DNA from: Alphaproteobacteria bacterium
GTDB lineage: Bacteria > Pseudomonadota > Alphaproteobacteria > RF32 > CAG-239
Assembly (NCBI GenBank): GCA_017961285.1
Contig: JAGCXO010000018.1
Location: 874-64,873, forward strand
Length of the DNA: 64,000 bases
Direction: 5' to 3'
Shown: piece by piece, positions 49,686-59,659 of the stretch
Position numbering within the stretch: the stretch's first letter is position 1
Layout of the letters: the number at the start of each line of letters is the position of its first letter
Position numbers and translations under genes: made by a program
Notes under the pieces: generated by a model
The model's input: only the letters and a program-made list of their open reading frames with translations
Database searches by the model: none
What the model was told of the DNA's origin: nothing

Positions 49686-49721
49686 CAGCTCTTTTTAAAA
49701 TACCAAATAAACTAAAAAATA

Positions 49722-49982
49722 TTAGATATTTTTAATTTTAGCAGACAAACGAGAAATTTTCCTCGCAACATTATTACGATGCAAAACACCTTTGTTAACT
49801 GCTTTCATCAATTCGGATTCTGCAACAACAAAAGAGCTTTGAGCCAAGTCTTTATCTTTAGCAACAATAGCTGCTTCCACCTTCTTTACAAAAGTGCGAA
49901 CTCTGCTCTTACGCGCACCATTTATAATACTGCGTTTATTATTTCTATTAATTCTTGTCTTTGCCGATTTATGATTGGCCAT
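49722..49982 (-). CDS. rpsT: 30S ribosomal protein S20
   Basis: 86 aa starting MANHKSAKTRINRN. Sits upstream of dnaA, as in many alphaproteobacteria. Confidence 0.9.
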   Translation of the reverse strand: MANHKSAKTRINRNNKRSIINGARKSRVRTFVKKVEAAIVAKDKDLAQSSFVVAESELMKAVNKGVLHRNNVARKISRLSAKIKNI

Positions 49983-50094
49983 ATTTTCTCACTTTCCATA
50001 AACTTAAGTTATTACAAATTTATTTCTGATATGCTTTATAAACACTTAGAAGCATTTAAGTCAACATAATTTTTTCAAAATTTTCCGATTCTCG

Positions 50095-50841
50095 CTATTT
50101 TTTAACCATATTTTCCAAATTTATGCGATATTCATCAGAATCAAAATTGTTTTTATATACCTGCTTTTCTATTTCCAATCCTTCAGCCAAACTTGTATTT
50201 CCGATTGCCGTCTTAATCAATTCTTTAGATGTCGTCAATGCCAAACTCGGCATGGTAGTAATTAAATCAGCAACTTTCAAAACTTCTCTATGTAAATAAG
50301 AAAGAGGTATAACCCTGCTCACCAATCCGATTCTTTCAGCTTCTTCAGCCCCCATTGCTCTTCCCGTAAGCAACATCTCCATAGTTTTTGCCTTGCCTAT
50401 TGCCTTTGGCAATCTTTGCGTTGACCCAAAGCCGGCAACTGTACCCAACGATAAATCCGGAATTGAAAACCACGTATTATCCGAACAAAACAACATATCG
50501 CAAGCAAGCGCAATTTCAAACCCAATTCCGATGGCATATCCGCTGACCTCGGCTATTATAGGCTTTTTAACGCTGGAAACTTTATCAAAACTTACAAACA
50601 TTTCATCCAAAACTTCGGCATTTACATTTCTCACAAAATAAGTAGGATCGATTCCCGACGAAAAAGCTTTTTCACTTCCTCTTAAAACAATCGCCTTAAC
50701 ATCATCACTTATATCAAGTTTTTCAACTTCTTGCGACAACAGGCGCAAAGAAGCATCATCCATATAATTCAATCCGCTCTTACTGCTCAAAGTAACAACA
50801 GCAACTCCGTTCTTATTTTCAACTTTAACATCAGTCATCAC
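50095..50841 (-). CDS. Enoyl-CoA hydratase/isomerase (crotonase) family protein
   Basis: 248 aa. Oxyanion-hole pattern FSSGID..GYAIGIGFEIALACD. Confidence 0.8.
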   Translation of the reverse strand: MMTDVKVENKNGVAVVTLSSKSGLNYMDDASLRLLSQEVEKLDISDDVKAIVLRGSEKAFSSGIDPTYFVRNVNAEVLDEMFVSFDKVSSVKKPIIAEVSGYAIGIGFEIALACDMLFCSDNTWFSIPDLSLGTVAGFGSTQRLPKAIGKAKTMEMLLTGRAMGAEEAERIGLVSRVIPLSYLHREVLKVADLITTMPSLALTTSKELIKTAIGNTSLAEGLEIEKQVYKNNFDSDEYRINLENMVKK

Positions 50842-50842
50842 A

Positions 50843-51205
50843 TCAATCCTTACTCTTAAGCGTAATTCTAACTAAAGTCGGCTTGTTTTTTTCCAAAACA
50901 ATATCCAAAACCTCTGCCTCTCTCTCAAAATGAACAGCAGCACTATCATGAGATAAAAACTTCCATCCAAGCTGTGGCAAAGTGTTTTTATAAAAATCAC
51001 AGACCTTATCAAACACAATTTTATTCGAGGTAATATAGGCCTCATTAAACCTGCTCTCATCATTGCCGAAAGAAATATCAGCGCTATGAATCTGTTTCAT
51101 CCCGTCCATCAACGGAATATCTGACATCCCTTCCACAAATTCGGCTTTTGCCTCAACTGGTAAAAAAAGCATCAATGCCAAAATTATTTTATAAAAAATT
51201 TTCAT
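50843..51205 (-). CDS. Small secreted hypothetical protein
   Basis: 120 aa. Signal peptide MKIFYKIILALMLFLPVEAKA. One nt separates it from the crotonase start. Confidence 0.5.
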   Translation of the reverse strand: MKIFYKIILALMLFLPVEAKAEFVEGMSDIPLMDGMKQIHSADISFGNDESRFNEAYITSNKIVFDKVCDFYKNTLPQLGWKFLSHDSAAVHFEREAEVLDIVLEKNKPTLVRITLKSKD

Positions 51206-51211
51206 TTTTCC

Positions 51212-52051
51212 TCACTTTTGCAGTGTCTCACAATAAAAAGTTGAACGCCCTGCCTGCACAATTTTTTTAATACCGCCGCCATTCAAAACATCGCACTTAC
51301 ACTTAGGACATTTTTGCCCAGTTTTATTATATACGCAATGTAAATTTTGAAAATGTCCAACACTTCCGTCCGTTTTATGATAATCTCTCAGAGTCGACCC
51401 ACCGTTTTCAATAGCCTTATTCAAAATTTTTCTTGTTGAAACAACAATTTTCTCGCATTCCCCAATTTTTATATCAGATGCACTCCTCAAAGGAGATATT
51501 TTTGCATCATATAATATTTCCGAAGCATAAATATTACCGATTCCATTCACAATACTCTGATCCAACAGAGCAACTTTTACCGGAACTTTTTTCTTGGAGA
51601 AATGAGCAAACAAAAAATCTGCATCAAAATTTTTATCAAACGGATCGATTCCCATTTTTTGAAAATATTTAGTCTTATTCAGATTATCCGTCTTAACATA
51701 ATCAAACATTCCGAAACGACGCGGATCATTATACACCAATACACCTTTATCCGTTTGCATTATTATATGGTCGTGCTTCACCGATTCGAAATTTTTATCT
51801 TGATAAAGTTTTATTCTCCCGCTCATTCCCAAATGCCACACAATCGAATAATTATTGCTCAAATTCATAACAATATATTTTCCGCAACGCTCATATTTTA
51901 CAATATCATTACCTACAATCTTCGTTTCCACTCCTTCGGAAATTTTCTCTCGCAAAGAACGATTATAAATCTTCATATCAAGAATTTTCGCGTTACCCAA
52001 AAATCGAGCGATTTCACTTTTAACTGTTTCTACCTCTGGCAATTCCGGCAT
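51212..52051 (-). CDS. mutM: Formamidopyrimidine-DNA glycosylase
   Basis: Start at MPELPEVETV (catalytic Pro2/Glu3). H2TH region and a C-terminal CxxC..CxxC zinc finger. Confidence 0.9.
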   Translation of the reverse strand: MPELPEVETVKSEIARFLGNAKILDMKIYNRSLREKISEGVETKIVGNDIVKYERCGKYIVMNLSNNYSIVWHLGMSGRIKLYQDKNFESVKHDHIIMQTDKGVLVYNDPRRFGMFDYVKTDNLNKTKYFQKMGIDPFDKNFDADFLFAHFSKKKVPVKVALLDQSIVNGIGNIYASEILYDAKISPLRSASDIKIGECEKIVVSTRKILNKAIENGGSTLRDYHKTDGSVGHFQNLHCVYNKTGQKCPKCKCDVLNGGGIKKIVQAGRSTFYCETLQK

Positions 52052-52193
52052 ATATATTCCTTTCAAAAAACAAAAAAAATTATAAAAGCTCGGAGCATTT
52101 TTGCAATACAAAAAACACATAGAATAATTTTATTGCCATTATAATCTCTTTGGGTTAAATTGCGCAAATGGTTCAATTTTTGTTTGTATTGAT

Positions 52194-52745
52194 ATGCCCA
52201 GAAAAAAACAAAACAAAAAATATTTTGCTCCGCAACGCGAAACTCACGGATGCAAATGCGACTTTCCCGGCTGCACAAAAGCCGGAGAATATCGCGCACC
52301 TAAAGACCGCTCACTGAAAGAATATTATTGGTTTTGCTTGGAGCACGTTCAGGCATACAATGCAAAATGGAACTACTACGATTCCGAAGATGATACCGAT
52401 TCCCAAAAAGCTGACAATCCAAAATCTCATCTCCATTTTGGAAGTTTTCGTTCCAAAATAAAATATCAATTCGGCTACGATTTTAGAGATGAACTCGGTT
52501 ACTTGGGTGAATTTACATCTCCTTTTTCCTCAGCCGAAACCATATATTTCAGCGCGCAAGAACGTGAATATATCAGATTGATGGAACTATCCGAAGAAGA
52601 TATTTCATTGGCCGCCATCAAAAAACAATACAAAAAACTCGTAAAAAAATATCATCCTGACGTAAATCGAAACGATAAAAATGCCGAAGAGAAATTCAAA
52701 CAACTTAGCGCCGCTTATAAAGCTTTGCTGGACAAATTATCTTAA
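52194..52745 (+). CDS. J-domain protein with an N-terminal Cys-rich region
   Basis: 183 aa. The C-terminal J domain reads [17 protein letters not shown]. The N-terminus reads [13 protein letters not shown]. Confidence 0.75.
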   Translation: MPRKKQNKKYFAPQRETHGCKCDFPGCTKAGEYRAPKDRSLKEYYWFCLEHVQAYNAKWNYYDSEDDTDSQKADNPKSHLHFGSFRSKIKYQFGYDFRDELGYLGEFTSPFSSAETIYFSAQEREYIRLMELSEEDISLAAIKKQYKKLVKKYHPDVNRNDKNAEEKFKQLSAAYKALLDKLS

Positions 52746-52747
52746 AT

Positions 52748-53272
52748 TTAATCTCTTTTTCTTCTCAACAAAATTCTCAAAACCCCGCTTCCGCCATCCT
52801 TCGCTTCGGGATGAATCATTGTCAGAATCAAAGGTCTTATTTCCGGCAAATTCAACCACTGCGGCACCCTGTCTTTTAACACTCCGCGCGCCTCAAAAAA
52901 AGGAGCATCTTCCGCATGCAATCCCTTTCCGGTAATAATATCAATACAACGCAAACCTCTCAGATATGAACTTTTTACAAAGTTAATCACCTTCTCATAA
53001 GCTTCATTTTCTGTTTGCCCGTGCAAATCCAATTCCCTTTCAACGCGCATTTCACCGCTCTTAAAACGCTTGAAAGTATTTGCATCAATATTATCCGCAC
53101 AACCTATCTCCAAACCGTCAAGTTTTTCTCCGCCATAAACTCGATTCGGCGTAATTTTTTCTTTCACGACAATTTTTTTATTCGGCTTGGAAAGGTCTCT
53201 TTCATCTTTATTCAAAGGTTGAACATTTTTGACCAGCTCTTGCCAATCTTCATCATCAATCGAGGCCATCAC
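52748..53272 (-). CDS. Smr-domain protein
   Basis: 174 aa. LDLHGQTENEA..V..F and ITGKG of the Smr/MutS2 C-terminal nuclease fold. Confidence 0.8.
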   Translation of the reverse strand: MMASIDDEDWQELVKNVQPLNKDERDLSKPNKKIVVKEKITPNRVYGGEKLDGLEIGCADNIDANTFKRFKSGEMRVERELDLHGQTENEAYEKVINFVKSSYLRGLRCIDIITGKGLHAEDAPFFEARGVLKDRVPQWLNLPEIRPLILTMIHPEAKDGGSGVLRILLRRKRD

Positions 53273-54440
53273 TTTGTCCTTTTGGCAGCAAAATATAATA
53301 TCTTCCGGCAGAATTCATACTGCCGGCTATTGCCAAAACCTCATCACCGCCGCTGCCCCAAAAATAGTCACCTCTGACCGCGCCTTTTATTGCACTGCCG
53401 ATATCCTGAGCCAACACCAGTTTATTAATCGGAGTCCCGTCCGGCGCAACAGTTTCCAACCACAACATACTGCCCAACGGAATAAACTCTCTGTCAACCG
53501 CCATACTTCTGCCTGCCTGTAACGGCACGCCCCAAGCCCCCATCGGTCCGGATTCGTTGATAATACGATGAAAAATATAGCGTCTGTTTTCCTGCATAAA
53601 TTCTTTTGCTTTTTCCGGATTCTCTTTCAGCCATTTTTTAATTTCAATCATATTTGCTTTTCCCGGCTGCAAAACTTTTTTCTCTAACAAAACACTTCCG
53701 ATTCCCTTGAACGGTAGGCCGTTATTTTCGGCATAACCAACTCTGATTTTTGCCCCATTATCCATTTGCGCCACCGCCGAACCTTGAATTTGCATAATAT
53801 GAACATCAACCAAACTGTCCGCCCACATCAAAACCGGCGCATCAATTCCTTCATTTTCGATATAAGCTCTCTCAAAATACGGTACCATTTTTTTGCCGTC
53901 GATTCTGCCGACCAATCTTTTTTGCGGCAGATTTTCATCAAAATCTCTCAAGTTTATTTCAAACATATCATTAGGTTTTCCATATACCGGAAAACGATAT
54001 TTTTCACTTTTTTGAAAAGAAGCATTTATCTGTGATTCATAATAAGACGTAAACTTCCCCTGCGATTCTCCGCCATCAAGCACCAAAAACGGCACAAAAT
54101 TTTCCTCTATAAAACTTCTCAACTCTTGCGTATTACTAAATTCACGCCCCAAAAAAACATTGCAAATGTTTTTATATAATTTTGCATCAACCTTAACAAT
54201 ACTGTTGCCCAGCCAATCGCCGTCAACTTTCATAACTCTTTGACAGTTGCTCTCAATACTTTGCGCCATCTCTGAAAGATCATCACTTTTCCAACCGGCA
54301 AGCTCATCAAAACCGGCCGGCTGCAACTCCACATTTGCAATCGGAGTTTCAATTTTTTCAGGTTGTTCCTGTTGCTTTTGCTCTTCCTTTTGCGGACAAG
54401 CCGTCAGCAAAAAAATCAATATAAAAACAAGTATTCTCAT
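53256..54440 (-). CDS. mltA: Membrane-bound lytic murein transglycosylase A
   Basis: 394 aa. Lipoprotein-like LLTAC. MltA and 3D domain motifs (IQGSAVAQMDNG, AVDREFIPLGS, AQDIGSAIKG..RGDYFWG). Confidence 0.85.
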   Translation of the reverse strand: MRILVFILIFLLTACPQKEEQKQQEQPEKIETPIANVELQPAGFDELAGWKSDDLSEMAQSIESNCQRVMKVDGDWLGNSIVKVDAKLYKNICNVFLGREFSNTQELRSFIEENFVPFLVLDGGESQGKFTSYYESQINASFQKSEKYRFPVYGKPNDMFEINLRDFDENLPQKRLVGRIDGKKMVPYFERAYIENEGIDAPVLMWADSLVDVHIMQIQGSAVAQMDNGAKIRVGYAENNGLPFKGIGSVLLEKKVLQPGKANMIEIKKWLKENPEKAKEFMQENRRYIFHRIINESGPMGAWGVPLQAGRSMAVDREFIPLGSMLWLETVAPDGTPINKLVLAQDIGSAIKGAVRGDYFWGSGGDEVLAIAGSMNSAGRYYILLPKGQSDGLD

Positions 54441-55093
54441 TTTTTTGTAGAAACCAACAACCAGTTAGGACTTCTCGATTCGATATTGCGCTCAAAAGTC
54501 CAAACATCCGTAACTGATTGAATAAAGTTTTCATCCCCCTCAATAATTTCACCTTCGGCATTGCGCAAAACATTTGCTTGTTCGCTGACAAAACGCACGG
54601 AAATTTTTGCATTTTTCTTTTCATCAACGCCGGCATTAACAATCTCCACCGAGCTAAAACCGACAAAATCCGTCTCTGCGGTAATTTTTTCTTCTTTGCG
54701 TTGTTTGATAATTTTTTCAAAATTCTTAAACATTTTTGAGTTCAATAACGGCTTCAAAATCTCGATTTCACCCTTGGCAAAAGAAGTTACAATCATCTCA
54801 AAAGCCTTTTGTGCGCTGGCCAAAAATCTGTCCGTATCAAAATTTGGAATCTGCGCCAAAACTCTATCTGTTTCTGACATTTCTTTTGGCTCAGAGTGCA
54901 ACTCCCCGCCGTCGACAACTTCTTCCCTATCCGATTGTTTCATAGATTCTTTCATCAAAATATCAAAAATTTTCGCCGCACTGTCCTTGCTGATGGGGCG
55001 AGTAATTTTCTCCGGTCTTGTCCCCAAAACACTCCACAATTTTTGAAAAATCAAAAACACGACAATCAGCAAAACAATAATATCAAAAGCCAT
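54437..55093 (-). CDS. Tim44-like domain membrane protein
   Basis: 218 aa with an N-terminal TM helix. C-terminal Tim44-like fold pattern (WTFERN..SPNWLLV). Confidence 0.75.
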   Translation of the reverse strand: MAFDIIVLLIVVFLIFQKLWSVLGTRPEKITRPISKDSAAKIFDILMKESMKQSDREEVVDGGELHSEPKEMSETDRVLAQIPNFDTDRFLASAQKAFEMIVTSFAKGEIEILKPLLNSKMFKNFEKIIKQRKEEKITAETDFVGFSSVEIVNAGVDEKKNAKISVRFVSEQANVLRNAEGEIIEGDENFIQSVTDVWTFERNIESRSPNWLLVSTKK

Positions 55094-55223
55094 TTTTTCC
55101 TCTAAAAAAAATTAAACACGTTGACTATAATATAGCTAAAATGTTGATATTATCAACCTAATTATTTGACCTCTAAAAAATATTTGGTATATTTTCAAAC
55201 AAAAAAACAAAGGAGAACATAAA

Positions 55224-55670
55224 ATGAGTGAAACACAACAACCGAATTCCGTTTCTGTCTTGGGACAATTTATCAAAGACTTATCGTTAGAAATTCCCCA
55301 TGCCCCCGAAATTTTTACCGAAGTAAAATCGGCACCGAAAGTTGATGTTAATATCGATGTAAAATCCGATTCCAAAGGCAACGACCGCTATGCCGTAACT
55401 TTACATGTTGTCATCAACGGCAAAGTTGAGGACAAAACTCTCTTTATCTTAGAGCTTTCATATATGGCTTTTGCCGAAGTAAAAGTTCCTGCCGAGCACT
55501 TGGAACCGATATTGATGATAGAAATTCCTCGGCTGATTTTTCCTTTTGCCCGCAACGTCATAACTCAATGCTTGTGCGAGGGTGGATTGCCTCCGTTTAT
55601 GCTCAATCCTATAGACTTTGTTGCTCTCTACAACGCCCGCAAACAAAGCGCCCAAGCTCCAAAGAACTAA
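55224..55670 (+). CDS. secB: Protein-export chaperone SecB
   Basis: 148 aa. VLGQFIKDLSLE..P and LIFPFARNVI. Confidence 0.9.
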   Translation: MSETQQPNSVSVLGQFIKDLSLEIPHAPEIFTEVKSAPKVDVNIDVKSDSKGNDRYAVTLHVVINGKVEDKTLFILELSYMAFAEVKVPAEHLEPILMIEIPRLIFPFARNVITQCLCEGGLPPFMLNPIDFVALYNARKQSAQAPKN

Positions 55671-55672
55671 AG

Positions 55673-55872
55673 GTCAGCCCTTGCTCGGCGCACCGGTGTC
55701 TTTATTAAAGTCACCCCTCGATTTTGCTTGCAAAATCATCCAGGGGTCTACCGATTAGTTTTTTCATTGTCATCCCTTGCTCGGCGCACAAGCGTCCGTG
55801 CATCAAGGGATCCAAACTTCAGTACTTTAGCACTGCTTCCTTATAAAAATTCGAAGACCCCTTGACCAAAAA
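55673..55872. repeat. Left-flank array of GTCAYCCCT...AGGGRTC clamp hairpins (one partial unit plus a two-hairpin module)
   Basis: Starts 2 nt after the secB stop. 55710-55872 matches 60623-60789 in the same orientation at roughly 9 of 10 positions by eye. Confidence 0.85.
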
Positions 55873-55984
55873 CTAGCGTTTTTGGAGGGGGGACATAAAG
55901 GCTAACTCGAAGATTGCTTGACCTCAGACATTCTGTCTTCGGAGCGATGACATTTATTATAATCGTCATCTTTTCATAACAAAA

Positions 55985-56003
55985 GGGGCGGAAAAACCGC
56001 CCC
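55985..56003 (-). terminator. Rho-independent terminator of the pilin-like operon
   Basis: ggggcgg-aaaaa-ccgcccc, followed on the minus strand by a T-rich run. Lies 23 nt after the stop at 56026. Confidence 0.75.
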
Positions 56004-56025
56004 CTTCATCGCAGCTTCAAAACTA

Positions 56026-58071
56026 TTACCACGGATCCCTAAATTTCAAACGTTGGTCATTAAGGCGCGTATTATAGTCATTAGTTTTCTCATAACTATT
56101 AACTACACTAGCATCATGAGATTGCTCAAAAGTCTTCAATTGATCATATTTATCAACATAATCAGAATCATATTCTACATTCGTCCTATCAAAATAGCAA
56201 TATACCGTGGCATAACCCTCTATCTCGTTTTTATAAACAGGGAACAAATTCCAAAATACTTTGTCTTGATTTGTCGCACTATGCCCGCTTGTGCCGCCGG
56301 CACCGGAATAAGAATCTTGAGTTGCATAAGCATGAGCACTACGAGCCAAATCTCCATACTGACTGGCAGGATAGATAAATCCCATAATCAATCCCCATCC
56401 ATTAAAGTCCTTTGCATTACTGGTATGATTCATATGTCCTTCATATACAGGTCTAACCTCCGAACGCAACCATGTGCTCTTTTGATAATCAAGATATATC
56501 GGCATTGCATCAGAAGCTGTGCTGCTGTTTTGGTTATAAACCTCCATTGCATCAGGCAGACTGACCTCCGGTTTTCCGTTAGTATCAATAGTCAGCTTTC
56601 CAGCCTGTGCCATAGCCCAACCGGCAGGGGTCAAAGTAATCACTTTTGCATATCCCTGAGGGCATTTTGGTGTCGGCACAAAACCGACATAAGCCGAAAC
56701 TATATCCCTTTGATTTTGTGCATCAGGAAAATCTTTAATCGGAAAATCAGGTTGGGTCCAATTTGTAACCACTCTTTCTTCATAGCTGGTATCAACCACA
56801 TAAATACCCTTGTTGATAAAGTCCGGCAAAATATCGCTCAAACGCGCACCGCCACGAGTAGTCAGTTTGATATCATGCATAACCGAGGTATAAGCCGGAT
56901 TAACTTCATATTTAGTATACAAATCACCAGCATCAGGAACCGGCATTCCGGCACCTTTTGCTACAGCCCTAGTTGCATTAATAGCATTTTGGTCTCTTCC
57001 AGCCCCCAGAAGAGAATAATTACTGATGAATCTATCTGCCGCAATATACCCCATCATTGCTTCTGTCGCAGTAGGATATGGTCCAGAGCCTGTAGTATTA
57101 TAATCTTCCAAAATCTCCTTATTATGCAAACGATGGTCTCTATTGGTCGCCAAATTAATAGAACCTTTTCTAATATAGACAGAACCATACGTTAAGGCAT
57201 CACTATCAGCATATCTGTTATCATCCTTATTATTATCAACTGCCATAATCAATTCACCCTTGGTCAAAGAGTGCTCTAAATTACGTGTCGCCCTAATCTC
57301 AAACTTACCTTTGTCGATGAACAAAGCTGCCGGATTGGCCGAATTAGAAGCATTGTTCCTAGCCCCTGGAAATTGCATATCATGGTCATAGACCGCAATA
57401 CCTCCGGCAAATCTGGTCGTAACCTTACCATATTCACCAGCACCGGGATCACCATATTCATCCGGTTTGATATTCAATACAGAACGCGTCTTAAGATCTC
57501 CAACTGGTCCGAGAACTTGACTTCTAGCGTTAGAAGCAATAGTATTTACTCCCAAAGAATCACTATTATAAACAATCTTACCGACATCAAATTGCATTCC
57601 TTCAATCATATATTGAGCTTTATTCACCTGGTTAGGTGCTGGGCTTCCTAAAGCATAAAACCTGTCTACATCCGTTTCTACAGTAGCTCCCCCATGAGGA
57701 TTATTATAAACTTGTAACATCGTATCTTGGATAGAAACAGGCATATCATCAACAAAATTCCAAAGTTGTCCCGAATCATCAAACGTCGACAAATAAATAC
57801 CTTTTTCTGCCCCCATACGGATTTCACCATATTGCGGCTCTGAATTAGTTTTTGCGAAGTAGAATTTATCAAATATACTGGTATTTCCGGCAATCAAATC
57901 AATACCGCCACCTACATTACTGGCATTAACCGTAAATCCCGGATGTTGTGAGTCGGAAGAAGCATATACCAAAGAATCTGCTGCACTATGCCCTTGTCCA
58001 TATAAACTAAACCTTGACTCACCAGCTTGAGTTTTTTCTGTCAACATAAAGAAATCACCATCAGGAGACAA
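56026..58071 (-). CDS. 681-aa ORF of unknown function, either translationally coupled to the upstream pilin-like ORF or its out-of-frame C-terminal continuation
   Basis: Opens with TTG and overlaps the upstream stop by 11 nt. Gly/Asn/Ser/Tyr-rich with no signal peptide of its own. No motif recognised. Confidence 0.6.
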   Translation of the reverse strand: MSPDGDFFMLTEKTQAGESRFSLYGQGHSAADSLVYASSDSQHPGFTVNASNVGGGIDLIAGNTSIFDKFYFAKTNSEPQYGEIRMGAEKGIYLSTFDDSGQLWNFVDDMPVSIQDTMLQVYNNPHGGATVETDVDRFYALGSPAPNQVNKAQYMIEGMQFDVGKIVYNSDSLGVNTIASNARSQVLGPVGDLKTRSVLNIKPDEYGDPGAGEYGKVTTRFAGGIAVYDHDMQFPGARNNASNSANPAALFIDKGKFEIRATRNLEHSLTKGELIMAVDNNKDDNRYADSDALTYGSVYIRKGSINLATNRDHRLHNKEILEDYNTTGSGPYPTATEAMMGYIAADRFISNYSLLGAGRDQNAINATRAVAKGAGMPVPDAGDLYTKYEVNPAYTSVMHDIKLTTRGGARLSDILPDFINKGIYVVDTSYEERVVTNWTQPDFPIKDFPDAQNQRDIVSAYVGFVPTPKCPQGYAKVITLTPAGWAMAQAGKLTIDTNGKPEVSLPDAMEVYNQNSSTASDAMPIYLDYQKSTWLRSEVRPVYEGHMNHTSNAKDFNGWGLIMGFIYPASQYGDLARSAHAYATQDSYSGAGGTSGHSATNQDKVFWNLFPVYKNEIEGYATVYCYFDRTNVEYDSDYVDKYDQLKTFEQSHDASVVNSYEKTNDYNTRLNDQRLKFRDPW

Positions 58072-59650
58072 TACGCCAGCCCCCCTGAAGTCCTATTACT
58101 GCCCCTGCACGGAATTTACCTGCATTAGCTTCATAAGCACTAACGTTACCGCCTTGGATAGTATCATTAACATACATACTACCGCTGACAGTCACTCTAT
58201 AATCTTCACCACTATTTTCAACTATTGTAGTATTTACATTTCCATTACCCATAGTAGTTTGATATAAGCGTGCCGGCCCCCCATGTTGTTGAACGGCAGT
58301 GCCTCCTACGCCAATAGTAACATAACCTTCATTACCGGTTTTATCAACCAACAAAGTCTTGTCCATCGCTTCAAGTTTATCTTGGTCAATATATAAATTC
58401 TCTATGCCATCATTCTTCTTATATCTCAGAGCAATACCACTTGCACCACCATGAGACACCTGAAATATCATTGCCTGTGTGCTAGGATTACCATATTGCA
58501 ATTCATCCACACCGAGTTTGAAAAACGCCAGAGTATTAGAAGCATATTTCATTTCCATCTTTGGCAAATTATTCATAGTAGGATCTTTTTCAACCGAAAA
58601 CCTTCGATCTATCGCTTGCAACCTACCCTGAACATTGGCACCGCCTCCATTGGTGATATACAAAGCATTATCAAGCGCATCACCATACTGATCATTTGCA
58701 AGACCACTTTCACCGGCTGTATGGGTTTTATCTGTCTCATTACCGCTTCCAACCATTCTATTTACATCAGGCGACATCACAATTTGGTTGACCATACGAA
58801 TATTGCGGGTAGTGGTATCTCTCGTTCCCAAAAACAGGTCAGTAGTCATCGCGTTCAGTGCTTGGTCATCATCATCCGGCATATCCACTCTATAAAGCAC
58901 GTTTTCATTCGTAAGCCCTTGCGAAGAAATTGGTTGCAAAGAAGAAACCACCAACGTATTCGGCTGTAACATCGGTATATCACCCTCAACCGGTGCAATA
59001 TCAGAATGCCCGATATTCCAAATTCCTTGTGTGCCCTGAACTGTCCAACCACTTCCATTAGGATCCTTATCTGCAACAGCACCATTGCTTCCGACCATGC
59101 TGGCAATACGCATTGCACGAGTGTTGTCAACCGAACTATGTTTCGGATCAGCAAACAAAAATCCAGTCAAAGTCTCTACAATCGGCTCTTTATTGGCATC
59201 TAATTGCCGTTTCAGACGAACCATAATTTTATAGTTTTCATTTAAATGATTATGAAATTTATTAGAAAAAAGCTTGGTTTCACGCATTTCCTGATTATCA
59301 ATCATCATACCATATGGCAGATAATTTCTCAGCACATTAACATCAACCACCACCGGTTTTGGATTTTCGTCATCAGGCACATTTCCGGTCAACGTAAAAA
59401 CGCTAAAATCACCGCCAAACACATCAGGATCACCGCGCGTGATTGCGGCAAAATTATCCTTCAAATAGGCATCCATCGCCGTGGCAATTGCCCTCAATTG
59501 GCTGGAGGCATTAATATCTTGCAGCTCGGTCGTGCGCTCCGCCGCCTTTTTATACAAAACAGGGGTAACCATAGAAACCAAACCCAACATTGCCAATGCT
59601 TCCACCAGCAATGTTCCTGTTTCGTTAATTTTTTTCAATATATTAGTCAT
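58061..59650 (-). CDS. Large prepilin-type protein resembling the PilV (Shufflon_N) constant region
   Basis: The N-terminus KKINETG/TLLVEALAMLGLVSMVTPVLY has Gly then Glu at +5, followed by the helix SSQLRAIATAMDAYLKDNF. Internal blocks MRIASMVGSNGAV..GWTVQGTQGIWNI and NVLYRVDMP..ALNAMTTDLFLG..NIRMVN recall R64 PilV ([22 protein letters not shown]) from memory. Confidence 0.6.
   Translation of the reverse strand: MTNILKKINETGTLLVEALAMLGLVSMVTPVLYKKAAERTTELQDINASSQLRAIATAMDAYLKDNFAAITRGDPDVFGGDFSVFTLTGNVPDDENPKPVVVDVNVLRNYLPYGMMIDNQEMRETKLFSNKFHNHLNENYKIMVRLKRQLDANKEPIVETLTGFLFADPKHSSVDNTRAMRIASMVGSNGAVADKDPNGSGWTVQGTQGIWNIGHSDIAPVEGDIPMLQPNTLVVSSLQPISSQGLTNENVLYRVDMPDDDDQALNAMTTDLFLGTRDTTTRNIRMVNQIVMSPDVNRMVGSGNETDKTHTAGESGLANDQYGDALDNALYITNGGGANVQGRLQAIDRRFSVEKDPTMNNLPKMEMKYASNTLAFFKLGVDELQYGNPSTQAMIFQVSHGGASGIALRYKKNDGIENLYIDQDKLEAMDKTLLVDKTGNEGYVTIGVGGTAVQQHGGPARLYQTTMGNGNVNTTIVENSGEDYRVTVSGSMYVNDTIQGGNVSAYEANAGKFRAGAVIGLQGGWRIVS
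58080..58085 (-). other. G6 (plus-strand C6) homopolymer at the junction of the two ORFs
   Basis: The coding strand reads CTT CAG GGG GGC TGG CGT ATT GTC TCC TGA. Removing one G gives the continuous reading ..LQGAGVLSPDGDFFMLTEK. Confidence 0.8.
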
Positions 59651-59659
59651 TGTAGCCTC

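Noticed and set aside
49464-49721. The AT-rich dnaA-rpsT intergenic region, considered as oriC.
   Set aside because: I found only one 7-of-9 DnaA-box-like sequence (TTATCCATT on the minus strand near 49535) and one weaker one. In alphaproteobacteria the origin is often not at dnaA. The evidence is insufficient without a GC-skew and box-cluster computation.
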